A stretch of 64,000 nt of DNA from a virus. Below the pieces are notes generated by a model. It searched no databases and was not told the DNA's origin. It was given only the letters and a program-made list of their open reading frames with translations. The stretch is from positions 1 to 64,000 of the IMG/VR virus record IMGVR_UViG_3300050821_024084; one strand, given 5' to 3'. The position numbers were made by a program, and so were the translations under genes. Below, one piece after another: positions 17,589-27,615 of the stretch (its first letter is position 1; each line of letters starts with the position of its first letter).

Positions 17589-17903
17589 TCAGGCTTTGAG
17601 CGCTTTCCGGATCACGAGCACTTGCAGCATGGACGCCCCGGAGATCGCGAGCGCAGTCGTCCCGAACTCCAGAGGCGGCCAGCCCCCTACGAGCCAGGGC
17701 CGGAAGATGCCGGCTCCGATTGCAGCCAGCCACACGCTGGAGCAGAACGCGCAGCTGATCAGGTCGTACAGCCAGCGTGACCAGGGCTTTTTCCTGCTAG
17801 CGAGCCACAGCCGCAGCGGGGCGCTGATCTTCGCCTGACTGCCGATCTGCGCTACGGTGCCCACGTCGAGGGCGAGCACCGCCGCCTGGACGACGGGGTT
17901 CAC
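17589..17903 (-). CDS. DUF1360-like membrane protein
   Basis: PLR..LYDLISCAFCSSVW; hydrophobic segments. Confidence 0.7.
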   Translation of the reverse strand: MNPVVQAAVLALDVGTVAQIGSQAKISAPLRLWLASRKKPWSRWLYDLISCAFCSSVWLAAIGAGIFRPWLVGGWPPLEFGTTALAISGASMLQVLVIRKALKA

Positions 17904-18229
17904 TTGTCCTTCTCATAGATCTCCGGCGAGCCGCAGCACCAGCCCACCGTCAGCCCGAGATGAGCGTACTTCGCCTCCCAGACCCGGAAGATGTCCTCCG
18001 CCTCGGGGCGGCTGAGTTTCCCCGCCCAGAACCTCGCCTGGGTGACGCGGAACTCCTCCTCGGCTTTCTCGCGCTCGTCTTCCTGCTCCGCGAGCGCGCT
18101 GTCGATCTCCTCCAGGCAGCACGCCACCTCCTCGCTCAGCCCGGGGTTGCGCAGGTCAGCGGAGCTGGCAGGCTCCGTCTCTGCTGATTTCTCCGCTGGG
18201 CGCTTGACGTTTTTCTGGACGTTCTTCAT
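17900..18229 (-). CDS. Protein with Pup (prokaryotic ubiquitin-like protein)-like N-terminal half
   Basis: SSADLRNPGLSEEVACCLEEIDSALAEQ resembles the Pup helix (LxDDVDxxLDEIDxVLEEN); no terminal GGE/GGQ. Confidence 0.55.
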   Translation of the reverse strand: MKNVQKNVKRPAEKSAETEPASSADLRNPGLSEEVACCLEEIDSALAEQEDEREKAEEEFRVTQARFWAGKLSRPEAEDIFRVWEAKYAHLGLTVGWCCGSPEIYEKDK

Positions 18230-18730
18230 GCTCGGTCCTTCCTCCCTCGGGATTGCGCTGAGTGCGCATACCCGCGCACGGCGTGACCGCGCGCGAGCAA
18301 ACGGGCTCAGGGCCGCAGCCACCAGTGGTTGTCTACGCCCAGACCCTGGAGCAGTGTCCGGGGGTCGGAGCCTGGTCCGGTGTCCGCGTTGGGCGCGTTG
18401 CCGTTGCTGAAGCTCTTGTCCATGTGCGATCCTTCCTCGCGGGGGACATAGCAAGGTAAATTTGCTGTTGCGTACGGTACCCAGTATACCCCCTAGGGGG
18501 CGTCCGGCTGTTTACCTGCGGCATTCGGGTGCTCCCGCACGCTGGCGAGACGCAGCTGGAAGCGCCGCGTGCGCCCGGTGTCGGGGTAGGTAACGGAGAT
18601 TTCCACCAGATTAGGCGTGAGAGGCGTTACCGTGATATCGTCACCGGTAACGCCCTCGGGGGCTCCGGGGAAGTACGGCAGGAGCGCGAGGGCGTTCCGC
18701 AGGTACTCCCGGAGCCAGTCATGCAGCGGG

Positions 18731-19045
18731 TCACTGTTCGTCGGGTACCTCCTCCGGTACGCAGGGCTCGTAGGTCCAGCGCTCCAGCGTGTCCTCGGGC
18801 GGGATGGCCTTGTGCCCGATGAGGACGTTGCCGTGCTCGCTCTCGCGTACGACGCACGCGTCGCAGATTACTACCGCGAGATACTCCAGGGAAGCCGCAC
18901 CCGGGCTCGGGTCGTAGACCGTCGAGCCGTAGTTGCCGTGCGCGATGAAGATGAGGCCCGGGTACGGGGCGGAACCGAACCACCCGGGCAGCGCGTTCTC
19001 CATGGTGCGGCGGCAGATGATGCAGAGCACATCGCTGAATTTCAA
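18731..19045 (-). CDS. Phage hypothetical protein
   Basis: CIIC...GLIFIAHGNYGSTVYDP...VICDAC; TTG start overlaps the upstream stop. Confidence 0.6.
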   Translation of the reverse strand: MKFSDVLCIICRRTMENALPGWFGSAPYPGLIFIAHGNYGSTVYDPSPGAASLEYLAVVICDACVVRESEHGNVLIGHKAIPPEDTLERWTYEPCVPEEVPDEQ

Positions 19046-19362
19046 TGGCCTGTCCCCATGGTGACGAACGCCCACGCTACGAATGCCCATGCAGCTATGC
19101 ATATGAGCAGCATGAAGGTGGCTCTTGCGTCTTCCCGCCGCTTCCGCCGCTTCCGCTTGCGCTCTGCTTCTCGCTGTGCGCGGACTCGCTCGCGTTCCTT
19201 GCGCTCCTTCTCGTCCAGCCACGCCGCCACGGCCGGAGTAACGCGCCGGGCGATCTTCTGGTGGTCCTTGCCGGTCTTGACGAAGTGCGCGACGGCCTCT
19301 TCGTAGCGCGCGATCTGCTCGTGCGGGCTAGCCGGCATCAGGCGCTTCGGGTTGAGTCTCAT
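19042..19362 (-). CDS. Hypothetical protein with C-terminal TM helix
   Basis: 106-aa ORF in a coupled operon. Confidence 0.6.
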   Translation of the reverse strand: MRLNPKRLMPASPHEQIARYEEAVAHFVKTGKDHQKIARRVTPAVAAWLDEKERKERERVRAQREAERKRKRRKRREDARATFMLLICIAAWAFVAWAFVTMGTGH

Positions 19363-19741
19363 CGGACGGCCCGTACCTTTCCTGATAGCGGGTGAGCAGC
19401 CTGGCGAGAAAATCCGGGCTGAGCTGCCAGGTGGTCGTCGGCCAGGCTTCCGAGAGGAACTGACCCGAGATGATGTAATCCACGATCGTCATCCCGGCAG
19501 CGCGGGCTCCGTCGATCACGGTGTCCATCAGCGCAGCTTCCTGTGCGATGTGGTCGATCTCCTGCACGCGGAGCCGCTCGTCGCGCAGTACCATGATGAT
19601 GTACTCCGGCAGCGTGATGCTCAGCCGCTCCGCGTAGCCGTAGGCGCTCATCAGTTCGAGGGCGAGCCCGTGGTTGCGCTTCTTGTCCTCATCCCACAGC
19701 TCGTCGGCGAAGCCGGGCGCTATCTCGAACCGGTCACTCAC
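19328..19741 (-). CDS. Hypothetical protein
   Basis: 137-aa ORF in a coupled operon. Confidence 0.6.
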   Translation of the reverse strand: MSDRFEIAPGFADELWDEDKKRNHGLALELMSAYGYAERLSITLPEYIIMVLRDERLRVQEIDHIAQEAALMDTVIDGARAAGMTIVDYIISGQFLSEAWPTTTWQLSPDFLARLLTRYQERYGPSDETQPEAPDAG

Positions 19742-20400
19742 CGGAGCACCTCGTCGTCGGATTGTGACAGGACGATGCCCTTGAGCATCGTCACCTCGGC
19801 TTCGAGCTGCCCGATGCGGGTGTCCTGCTCGCGAGCGATCTCCGTCAGGAGACCGAGGGCCAGCTGGTGTCCCTTGAGCAGCATGTACACCCGGTGGTAG
19901 TCAGGGTCCACTGTTTCCTTCCTCTGTTTTTCAGGGGCCCTAATCCGTTCCCGGGTAGGGCTTGCCGACGCACTTCTCCCCCACCATGGAGGCACGGTGC
20001 GCAGCCGCGAGAATGCCGTGCGTGAGCGCGTACCCCGAGCAGGACGGGGTGAGCGTGCAGATAGCCTGACGCGGCAGACGCCGGTACAGGTGTATGAGCA
20101 GTCTGCTGACCATCTCCCCGGGATCTCCTTCCTGCGTGCTCTCCTGGCACGCTCCGCCGTCCCCGGACGGGAGGTAAGAAAAATCCGGGGACGACGGGCC
20201 GCGTCAGGCGGCGGGAGAAGGTCAGAGGGCGAGAGCGAGGGAAGCGGTCACCAGGCAGCAGGTCATCACGTGCTCGGCTTCCGCCTGGATGCGGGCGGTC
20301 CAGCCTCGCCGGGCGATCAGGCGGCGGACGAAGGCGCAGTTGCCTTCCTCGGTGTAGGGCTCCCGGATCATTCCTAGTCTCCTTGGGTTATAGCCGGTGC

Positions 20401-20808
20401 TCAGCTGTGAACGGTGCTGCTGGTAGCCGCGCAGAGTCCAGGCTTAGCCTCGACTACGTCGCGGTATTCGGCGTTCTTGACGAGCCCCGGGAGCCAGGAC
20501 TCATACGGCCACGGGTTCCCGGTCTCCCACGCGGAAATGCGGTTCCACGAGTTGTACCGGCCGTGCGCCTGCTCCTCCCGTATCTGAGTGATGACGAGCC
20601 GGTGCGCTATCACGTGCTCCGGGCCGACGATCCGGTCTTCCAGACCGGGGTTACGCCCGCCCACTGCCGTAAGATGGATCTTGACCGGGGTGCAGTGACT
20701 CGTGCTGCCTCCGCCGCCTGTCGGGGCGGTGAGTGCACTAGCCGTGCCGGCGCTCGCTCCGACGAGGGTGACGGCTGCCGCCGCCACTGCGAGATTACGG
20801 ATCTTCAC
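20401..20808 (-). CDS. Secreted hypothetical protein
   Basis: Signal peptide ending ASA; RBS AAGGAG. Confidence 0.65.
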   Translation of the reverse strand: MKIRNLAVAAAAVTLVGASAGTASALTAPTGGGGSTSHCTPVKIHLTAVGGRNPGLEDRIVGPEHVIAHRLVITQIREEQAHGRYNSWNRISAWETGNPWPYESWLPGLVKNAEYRDVVEAKPGLCAATSSTVHS

Positions 20809-20886
20809 GTTCTAGTCTCCTTGGGGTAGGGTAATGCGGTGGTGCTACACACCCAGTATAGCACGCCGCACCGTCTTCGCACCCGG

Positions 20887-21296
20887 TCAGCGCGCGGGCG
20901 GGACGTCCTCGCCCAGCCAGTGGCGACGGATCTCACGAGCGATCTCCGCCAGGCTGTAGACATTCTCGTCGTTGAGCACGGTTGCCTCGTAGTCTCCGAT
21001 CACAGGATCGGAAGCGCCCGGTTCCAGCCCGAGGAATTCCACGACCGCATCCGGGAGAGTTCCACTCTCCCCGTCGTAGGTGATGGTGCCGTCCACATCA
21101 TCTTCCTCGACGCGGAGCTCGACGCCGTGCTTGATAGCGGTCAGGCAGGCCACTCCCAGACAGCAGAGTCCCTGCTTCTGAGAGTAGATCCCGTCCTCGG
21201 ATACCTCGGTGCGATGGAGATACCCGGTGGTCTGCGGGTATCTCCTGATTCGAGTTCCTCGACCCACCACCGGACTGCCTGCTCGTTGAACTGCAT
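20887..21296 (-). pseudogene. Frameshifted paralog of 21296-21721
   Basis: MQFNEQAVRWWVEELESG then a 1-nt loss at about 21242 (GGA GA TAC vs GGA GAG TAC in the paralog) before YPQTTGYL...CCLGVAC. Confidence 0.7.
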
Positions 21297-21721
21297 CAGT
21301 GTCCTTCCTTCTCAGGGGCTTCCCCGAGGTACGTCTCCCGGATCGCGCGCGCGATGCGTTCCAGCGACCACAGGTCGACGGCACTGTCGTTAGCGTAGGC
21401 CGCCCGGGTACGGAGCCTGCCCTGATCGTAAGCAAGCTCCGGGTTGCGCATCTCATCTTCCGTCACTCCCAGGAACTCCGCGACCTTCTCCGGCAGCAGC
21501 TGAGTCGAGCCGTCGTAGCTGACAGTCCCGTCGTCGTGGAACTCGACTCTCAGCTCGACGCCGTGCTTCATTGCCGTCTCGCAGGCGACCCCGAGACAGC
21601 AGTACCCGGCCGGGACCCCGTTCGGGGCAGCCTCGGTGCGTCGCAGGCACCCCTTCGTCTGCGGGTACTCGCCGGACTCCAGGTCCTCTGCCCACCAGCG
21701 CATAGCTTCCTGATTTGCCAT
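21296..21721 (-). CDS. Phage hypothetical protein (LESGEYPQ...YCCLGV motif family)
   Basis: WAEDLESGEYPQTKGCL...YCCLGVAC...AND...SLERIA. Confidence 0.75.
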   Translation of the reverse strand: MANQEAMRWWAEDLESGEYPQTKGCLRRTEAAPNGVPAGYCCLGVACETAMKHGVELRVEFHDDGTVSYDGSTQLLPEKVAEFLGVTEDEMRNPELAYDQGRLRTRAAYANDSAVDLWSLERIARAIRETYLGEAPEKEGH

Positions 21722-21793
21722 GATATCCTTCCTCTTGAGGGTTTTCCTCCGTGCGGAGGGAACAGTCAGTGAGCGACTGCTCACTGACCATCC

Positions 21794-22159
21794 TCAGCGC
21801 GCGGCGGGCTTCCAGTCCCCGTCGCTCTCGGCGGCGTGCGCCTCGCAGAAGTGGACGTCGTCCCGGGTGTAGGAACCCGGCTCGGGGCAGTACGGGACGT
21901 CGCACTCCGTGTCCCGGACCTCCACCTCGTCCGCTTCCCATTCGAAAGTGATGTGGAACGTCTTGCCCGACTGCGGAACTGCCACTACGACCGTTCCCGT
22001 GACGGGATTGCGCCGTCGCATGTGCTGACGGGGCCAGCCCACGACGATCAGGCTGGTGCGCACCGTGCCGGAGGTGAAGACGATCTCGTCGCGCTCCTGC
22101 ACGTTGCGCAGCGGCGTGGTGAGCGTCTTCGGGGTCACGATTTCTTCCCAGTTAGTCAT
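21794..22159 (-). CDS. Hypothetical protein
   Basis: 121-aa ORF with C-terminal C..C..CxxH. Confidence 0.6.
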   Translation of the reverse strand: MTNWEEIVTPKTLTTPLRNVQERDEIVFTSGTVRTSLIVVGWPRQHMRRRNPVTGTVVVAVPQSGKTFHITFEWEADEVEVRDTECDVPYCPEPGSYTRDDVHFCEAHAAESDGDWKPAAR

Positions 22160-22448
22160 CCTCCGTGACCTCCCAGCTGCCGATCGGGGTGCCCATCACA
22201 TCCCTGAGCTTGCCCCTGTACCCGGGCGCGAGGCTGCCTGCCAGGTCCTGGTCCATAAGGCCGAGCGCGAAGCGAGCCTCCTCCTCCGGGAATTCTGCTG
22301 CGTCCGGGATGTGAAAGCGGATGCGTACTTCCATCAGTCCTTGTCCTTCCATGATTCGATGAGGAGCCTGACTGCGCGCACCACGATGGAGATGGCAATC
22401 GCCATCTCCACCAGCAATGCTGCGATGAGCAGGTCTTTCAGGATCATT

Positions 22449-22736
22449 TCAGCTGAAGTCTGCACCCCAGGTGCCCGCCTGCACGAATACGAGGTAGCCG
22501 CTCTGCTGCACGATGCGGATGATGTTCCGGGCTGTGTCCTCGCTCTCGGTGCGGAACATCACGGCGTCGTGATCACCGTCAGACATGATTGACCACGTGA
22601 AGTGAGAGGCCACGGGGAGCGCGTCCCGGAGCTGCATGACGCGCCCGTTGATGAGCTCATACCGGCTGAGGTCCCCTAGCGTAGAGGTGAACTCCGGGTT
22701 TCCGCCGGATCCTGCCATGACTATAACGGTGTACAT
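22449..22736 (-). CDS. Hypothetical protein
   Basis: 95 aa; GGGTAAG RBS module. Confidence 0.6.
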   Translation of the reverse strand: MYTVIVMAGSGGNPEFTSTLGDLSRYELINGRVMQLRDALPVASHFTWSIMSDGDHDAVMFRTESEDTARNIIRIVQQSGYLVFVQAGTWGADFS

Positions 22737-22803
22737 GCTTACCCTTCCTTGTCATTCCTCCGTGCGGAGGAGACGCAGCCCGCGTCGTGCGCGGGCGGCA
22801 TCT

Positions 22804-23271
22804 TCACTGCGCGTCGGGGTCGAGGGGGTCCGGGCGGAACTGTGACGGGTCGGGTGCGCCTCCGCCCGGAAGCATCGGCTGGCCGGGGTAGCGGTTGTCA
22901 CTGTCGTGGGCGCGTGCGATGATCGCGTAGGCGTTGGCGATGATCAGGTGCTCCTCCGGGCGGAAGCTGTCACCCATGGAGTCCCAGAACCGCCCGAGCA
23001 GCTCCTCCAGCTGTCCTAGCTCATCCTGGTGCGCTCGCACGGTGCTGCGCGGGCGTCCGATCCGGGAGCCGTTCGCCTTCGCAGCGATTGCTGCGAGGGC
23101 GTGCACGCTTCCCGTGAAGCGGATGGTGGGCCACTGATCGCCGTGGATGCGGCCGAGGATCTCATACGATGCGGTGCCTTTCGGCCCCATCAGCTCCTTA
23201 GCGATGTCATGCAGGGACTCACCGTCCTCGACGATGACCTGCTGGTCGAGATGCGTGATGTCCGTCTTCAT
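22804..23271 (-). CDS. Hypothetical protein
   Basis: 155 aa; GGAGGTAA RBS. Confidence 0.65.
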   Translation of the reverse strand: MKTDITHLDQQVIVEDGESLHDIAKELMGPKGTASYEILGRIHGDQWPTIRFTGSVHALAAIAAKANGSRIGRPRSTVRAHQDELGQLEELLGRFWDSMGDSFRPEEHLIIANAYAIIARAHDSDNRYPGQPMLPGGGAPDPSQFRPDPLDPDAQ

Positions 23272-23275
23272 TCCT

Positions 23276-23701
23276 TTACCTCCCTGGATTTTCCTCTGTA
23301 ACCGATCCGTCCGGGCTGATAATCAGGATGGGCCGCCCGAGCTTCCGCGCATACCGGACCGTGTGCCAGACCCCGGATCTGACTTCCTCATAGGCATGCA
23401 GCGGCGCGGCGATAAGCTCAGCCGTCTCATCCACGATGTGCGTGTTGCGCACCAGGTACGGGAACTGCTCGCGGCGCTCGTCCACGTCACAGTCCGCCCG
23501 GTCGTGCTGCTTGACCGGAGGGTGACCGACGATATGCAGGCCCAGCCTGCGCGCGATGACCCCTGCCTCGTAGTCTGCGCCCACGCACTCTCCGTGATGC
23601 AGGATGACTCTCCTTTCTAGGAGAATCTCTGCCTGCGCAGCCTGGAGCGCGGTCATTCCCTGACCTGTCCCCGTGAAGCCGGTTGCGTGCGAGGGTGTCA
23701 T
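23276..23701 (-). CDS. SLOG-superfamily (DprA/YspA-like) nucleotide-binding protein
   Basis: GFTGT, HHGECVGAD, YLVRNTHIVD, RSGVWHTVRYARKLGRPI. Confidence 0.75.
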   Translation of the reverse strand: MTPSHATGFTGTGQGMTALQAAQAEILLERRVILHHGECVGADYEAGVIARRLGLHIVGHPPVKQHDRADCDVDERREQFPYLVRNTHIVDETAELIAAPLHAYEEVRSGVWHTVRYARKLGRPILIISPDGSVTEENPGR

Positions 23702-23808
23702 CGGCGCTTACCTCCCTGGTGCGTGCATGGTGTATGTAAACAGCATACCAGGGCAGCGCGCGCCATGGTACCCGGTCTGAGCCGTATGCCATGGCGCACG
23801 CAACCGCG

Positions 23809-24117
23809 CTAGCTGCCCGAGGGCTGCTGGTACTCGCATGCGAGCTCTGAGTCACCCCGGAGCTTCGCGACGATCCGGTCGCCCTCTGTGATATCGCGCA
23901 TCGCCGGGACGACGTGCTCGTCGCAGACCCGCGTGCTCTGCGTGTAGCCCCGGTCGTAGACGATCCAGGTCGCGCGACGCGGCTCCTGGTCCGCGAACAG
24001 TGCCGCGTACTGCCGGGCGGCGTCGGCCGTGCTCGTCGCGTCCAGTGTGCAGCGATCCATCAGGGTCATGGGAGACTGAGCCTCCCGCTGCATGAGGACC
24101 GTGATTTCTGTCTTCAT
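23809..24117 (-). CDS. Hypothetical protein
   Basis: GGAGGTAAG RBS; 102 aa. Confidence 0.6.
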   Translation of the reverse strand: MKTEITVLMQREAQSPMTLMDRCTLDATSTADAARQYAALFADQEPRRATWIVYDRGYTQSTRVCDEHVVPAMRDITEGDRIVAKLRGDSELACEYQQPSGS

Positions 24118-24143
24118 TCCTTACCTCCTAAAGTTCGAAAAAA

Positions 24144-24506
24144 CTATCGAACGTCGGCGAGTGTCAGCTCCGGGACGTAGTCCGCGAACCCGGAACCGAT
24201 GCACGTCAGCGTGTGATGACAGCTGCACTCGTAGGCAGCTCCGTATCCGGGCGCTCCGTAGATGCCCCGGAACATCAGCGGCGTCATGTCGACCGGGCAG
24301 AACGGGCCGCCCGGAGCCTGATAGCAGTGCTTCGTGATGAAGTCCAGGTGCCGGGCTTCCTCCGCGAGCTGGCTGCTCCACTCCCGGGTGCATGCTTCGC
24401 ATTCTTCGTGCGTCAGCTCCCAGCACGTGTCGTGCCTGCACTCCGGGTACGAGGGTGAGTCCCAGTACCCGCAGACAGGTCCCTTGTGGCAGGTGTGCTC
24501 GTTCAT
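24144..24506 (-). CDS. Cys/His-rich hypothetical protein
   Basis: GGAGGTAAG RBS; 120 aa. Confidence 0.6.
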   Translation of the reverse strand: MNEHTCHKGPVCGYWDSPSYPECRHDTCWELTHEECEACTREWSSQLAEEARHLDFITKHCYQAPGGPFCPVDMTPLMFRGIYGAPGYGAAYECSCHHTLTCIGSGFADYVPELTLADVR

Positions 24507-24579
24507 GCTTACCTCCTTCAGCCCGTCATCTGGCGGACTAGACCGCGCAGGTCCCGGAGGACCTGCGCGACCTGGACCG

Positions 24580-25242
24580 TCAGGTGTACAGCGGGATCTC
24601 GACGTCCTCCCTTCGCACCGGCTGCGACTGGTAGTCGTAGTCGCGGTGGAGAGAACCCCGGCTGACCGTGCCGAACTGCACGGTGTCCGATCCGTAGATC
24701 TCCCGGAGCTTCGCCTTCATGTCAGCAGACGAGCCGAAGATACCGGCTGCCCCGGTGATCGCGTCTGCCGTGGAGAAGCGGAGCGTGACCGCCAGCGTGT
24801 ACCCGTTCGGGAGCTGCGGGTCCGGCGTGTAGCCGGGCAGTCCCATCCGCCGGAACGCCTCGTTCGCCTCGTCGAGCGCCAGGTTCCCGTTGTTCACCCA
24901 GTACAGCAGGCGAGCACGGATCTGCTTCAGCTCGGCCTGGTAGCGCTCTCCGAGACGCTTCGCCTGCCCGGCGAGGCCCGTCTCGTTGAGCCACTCCGCC
25001 GGGACTGACTCCGCGTCCGTGAGTGCCGGGACGGTCACGGTGTCCTGGTCCTCAGGGAAGCGCTCGCTGATGCCGCGCGCGTAGTTCACCCACGCGCTGC
25101 ACCAGCTCTTCCGGTCCGCGAGCGTGGTCCTCGCGTAGTCCCACAGTGCCTGAAGAGCCGCGTGGAACTGCTCACCCGTGACCGGGGCGTCCAGGTCGAT
25201 CGCCGGGACAGCCGTGGTCTCGGGCGTGCTGTCGTTCTGCAT
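24580..25242 (-). CDS. Hypothetical protein
   Basis: 220 aa; RBS GGAGG. Confidence 0.7.
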   Translation of the reverse strand: MQNDSTPETTAVPAIDLDAPVTGEQFHAALQALWDYARTTLADRKSWCSAWVNYARGISERFPEDQDTVTVPALTDAESVPAEWLNETGLAGQAKRLGERYQAELKQIRARLLYWVNNGNLALDEANEAFRRMGLPGYTPDPQLPNGYTLAVTLRFSTADAITGAAGIFGSSADMKAKLREIYGSDTVQFGTVSRGSLHRDYDYQSQPVRREDVEIPLYT

Positions 25243-25325
25243 ACCTTGTCCTCCTTGGTCCGTGCACTAGCCTCTCTAGCGCACGGCGCACGTCACGAAC
25301 ATGAGCTCGTGACGCACGCGGCGCG

Positions 25326-25583
25326 TTAGGTGACGGTCAGTTTCCCGTTCTTGCGCGTGACGGTGGCGTAATATCTGCGATTCGCGTACGGGTCCGGCCC
25401 GACGACATCGAGAATCACATCCTCGGTGATATCCTCAGCCCGCCAGTTCCCGGCTCCGGGACTGATGCCGCTTGTCGCGTCGAACCAGACGTTCTCCGGC
25501 TCGCTGGCGAGGGCGCGCCGGAGCGCGGCCTTGGACGCGGGCCGGGTGTGACTGATGAACGCTCCGGTGTTGTGTCGTGGCAT
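25326..25583 (-). CDS. Phage hypothetical protein
   Basis: SKAALRRA...VVGPDPY..R.YYATV. Confidence 0.65.
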   Translation of the reverse strand: MPRHNTGAFISHTRPASKAALRRALASEPENVWFDATSGISPGAGNWRAEDITEDVILDVVGPDPYANRRYYATVTRKNGKLTVT

Positions 25584-25730
25584 TGCGTTACCCCCTTAGG
25601 TATATGGGTAGTATGCACTACCGGGCAGGCATGATGCACATGCGCGACCGGGAGCAGCGCGACCACCGCTCCGACCCCGAATCCGATGAGAACCGGGGTC
25701 AGCAGCTCACGCGTCCTGCGGAACATGACG

Positions 25731-25961
25731 TCAGCAGCCCGCCAGCGACGGGTCAGCCTGGCAGACCGACGACGAGATCGCGTCACCGGACGGATTCGCG
25801 ATCGATGACACCTCGTGGATCACCACGATGCCGCCGATGATGCTCAGCAGGACGCCCAGCCCGACGATGATCGCGATGAAGACCGTCGCGTTGCGGGTCT
25901 GCCGGGCGTAGCGCTCGGTCTCAGGCTCCCGGGTGATGACCGGGGTGACTGGTACTGGCAT
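25731..25961 (-). CDS. Small membrane protein
   Basis: TM helix; GGAGGTAAG RBS. Confidence 0.6.
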   Translation of the reverse strand: MPVPVTPVITREPETERYARQTRNATVFIAIIVGLGVLLSIIGGIVVIHEVSSIANPSGDAISSSVCQADPSLAGC

Positions 25962-26041
25962 TGTCTTACCTCCCTAGGTTCGCGTACCTGTCTGGCACAC
26001 GGCACGATGCGTGACCGGTAAGTCACGCATCATGCGGCGCG

Positions 26042-26344
26042 TCAGCTCTTGAGCTTGGCGATCGCGTTCCTCCGCAGGTCCTCGGCGGAGCGCTGCTTGC
26101 GGACGTTGAGCTGCCCGTAGCTGAGGGTGATATCGCCGTGCAGCGCTTCCGCGAGAGCGGTGAACGCCTTGAGGACTGGCGGCGGAACGGCGTCGGGCAC
26201 GTTCGCCCAGGCGACGTTCTCGTAACGCTCGTAGTCGTTCAGGCCGGCGATCGCCGTCGCGATATCGGCCTCGGTGAAGACGCCTTCCTGCACGAGCTGG
26301 TCGGCGTACTGCCCGTTGCTGTCGTATGTGCTGGTAGTGGCCAT
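26042..26344 (-). CDS. Hypothetical protein
   Basis: ATG 26344 after GGAGGTAAG. Confidence 0.65.
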   Translation of the reverse strand: MATTSTYDSNGQYADQLVQEGVFTEADIATAIAGLNDYERYENVAWANVPDAVPPPVLKAFTALAEALHGDITLSYGQLNVRKQRSAEDLRRNAIAKLKS

Positions 26345-26426
26345 TGTCTTACCTCCCTGGGATGCGTGCCTGAGTCCTGGCACACAGCGCGACGCACGTG
26401 CAGATGCACGCACGCCACGCACTGCG

Positions 26427-26669
26427 TCAGTCCCGGACGTTCTTGCGGACCTCCTCCAGCTCCGCCAGCTCCTGCGTGCCGGTGATCGCCTCCAGCCGGA
26501 TCGTGTACCAGCGCGCGGTCTCCTCCTCATCGGGCATGCCGGAGTAGTCGATGCGCTCGTCGAAGAAGCTGACGCTCGTCCCGTCACGCGGGACGCATAG
26601 CCAGCCGCTTTCTTCGAGTGAATCCCGGACGCGGGAGGTCACTCTCTCGATGTCCTCAGGCTCCGTCAT
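26427..26669 (-). CDS. Small acidic hypothetical protein
   Basis: GGAGGTAAG RBS; 80 aa. Confidence 0.6.
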   Translation of the reverse strand: MTEPEDIERVTSRVRDSLEESGWLCVPRDGTSVSFFDERIDYSGMPDEEETARWYTIRLEAITGTQELAELEEVRKNVRD

Positions 26670-27131
26670 TGCTTACCTCCTTCAGTGTGCACGCCTCCTG
26701 GCATGCAGCGCGGGACGCATCCGGTCGGGATGCGTCCCGCGCAGCGCGTCAGGCGCTGGTCTCGTCGTCAGCCGGGGTGGTGGCTGCGACGGGAGAACCG
26801 GGGTACGGCTGCATGTAGTAGTCGGAATCGCGCGTCGCGAGGCTCCGCAGCGCGCGCTGGAGCAGCCGGGTGACGGTGCGCATGGCTCACACCGCCTTGA
26901 TGTAGTCGAGATACTCCTGGATCCCGCTGTAGACCCAGGTGGACAGCACCACCGCGTCCTCCCCGACCCCCACGCTGAGGAACAGGATGATCGTGATCGT
27001 GCTGGTGAACAGGACGCACATGTGGATGTGATACCGCACGCGGATCTTGCGAGCCTCCTCCGGGTCCGGCGGGAGCACCGGATGCAGCAGGCCCTTCGTC
27101 CCCTGCGGGAGACGGACCGGGACCGGGGTGA

Positions 27132-27500
27132 TCACGCGCTCAGCCAGGTCAGCTCGGACGTGCAGACCTCGTAGGTGGCCACGATGTTCGCCGCCCGGGA
27201 CTGGTTCATGTACTCGAACACGTTGTGCAGCGACGCCCCGCCCGCGAACATGTCGTCCACGTACAGGAGCCGGCTGTACGCCGTGCAGTCACCGATCATC
27301 ACGATGTGCGACTGCACGCAGTCGTGCCCGCCCCGGCAGATGAGCATCAGCGGCTTGTTGAGATCCGACGCGAGAGCCGCGCCGAGCGCCACGCCGTGCA
27401 TGTCGCCTGCGGTGACGATCGCATCGAACTTGTCCTGACAGTGCGCCAGGAACACCGAAGCCTTGATCCTGGCATCGGTCAGGGGCTGCCATTCTCCCAT
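27132..27500 (-). CDS. Phosphoribosyltransferase-like protein
   Basis: FDAIV..GVALGAALA..LNKPL, PRPP loop LYVDDMFAGGASL. Confidence 0.75.
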   Translation of the reverse strand: MGEWQPLTDARIKASVFLAHCQDKFDAIVTAGDMHGVALGAALASDLNKPLMLICRGGHDCVQSHIVMIGDCTAYSRLLYVDDMFAGGASLHNVFEYMNQSRAANIVATYEVCTSELTWLSA

Positions 27501-27615
27501 GATTGCTACCTTCCTTCCTTGTCGGGCAGTACGCCGGAGGTCCAGCGCACTAGACCGCGCGCATCCGGGGAGGATGCGCGCGATCTGGCACGTTAGAACC
27601 AGCTTCGCCGGTGAG

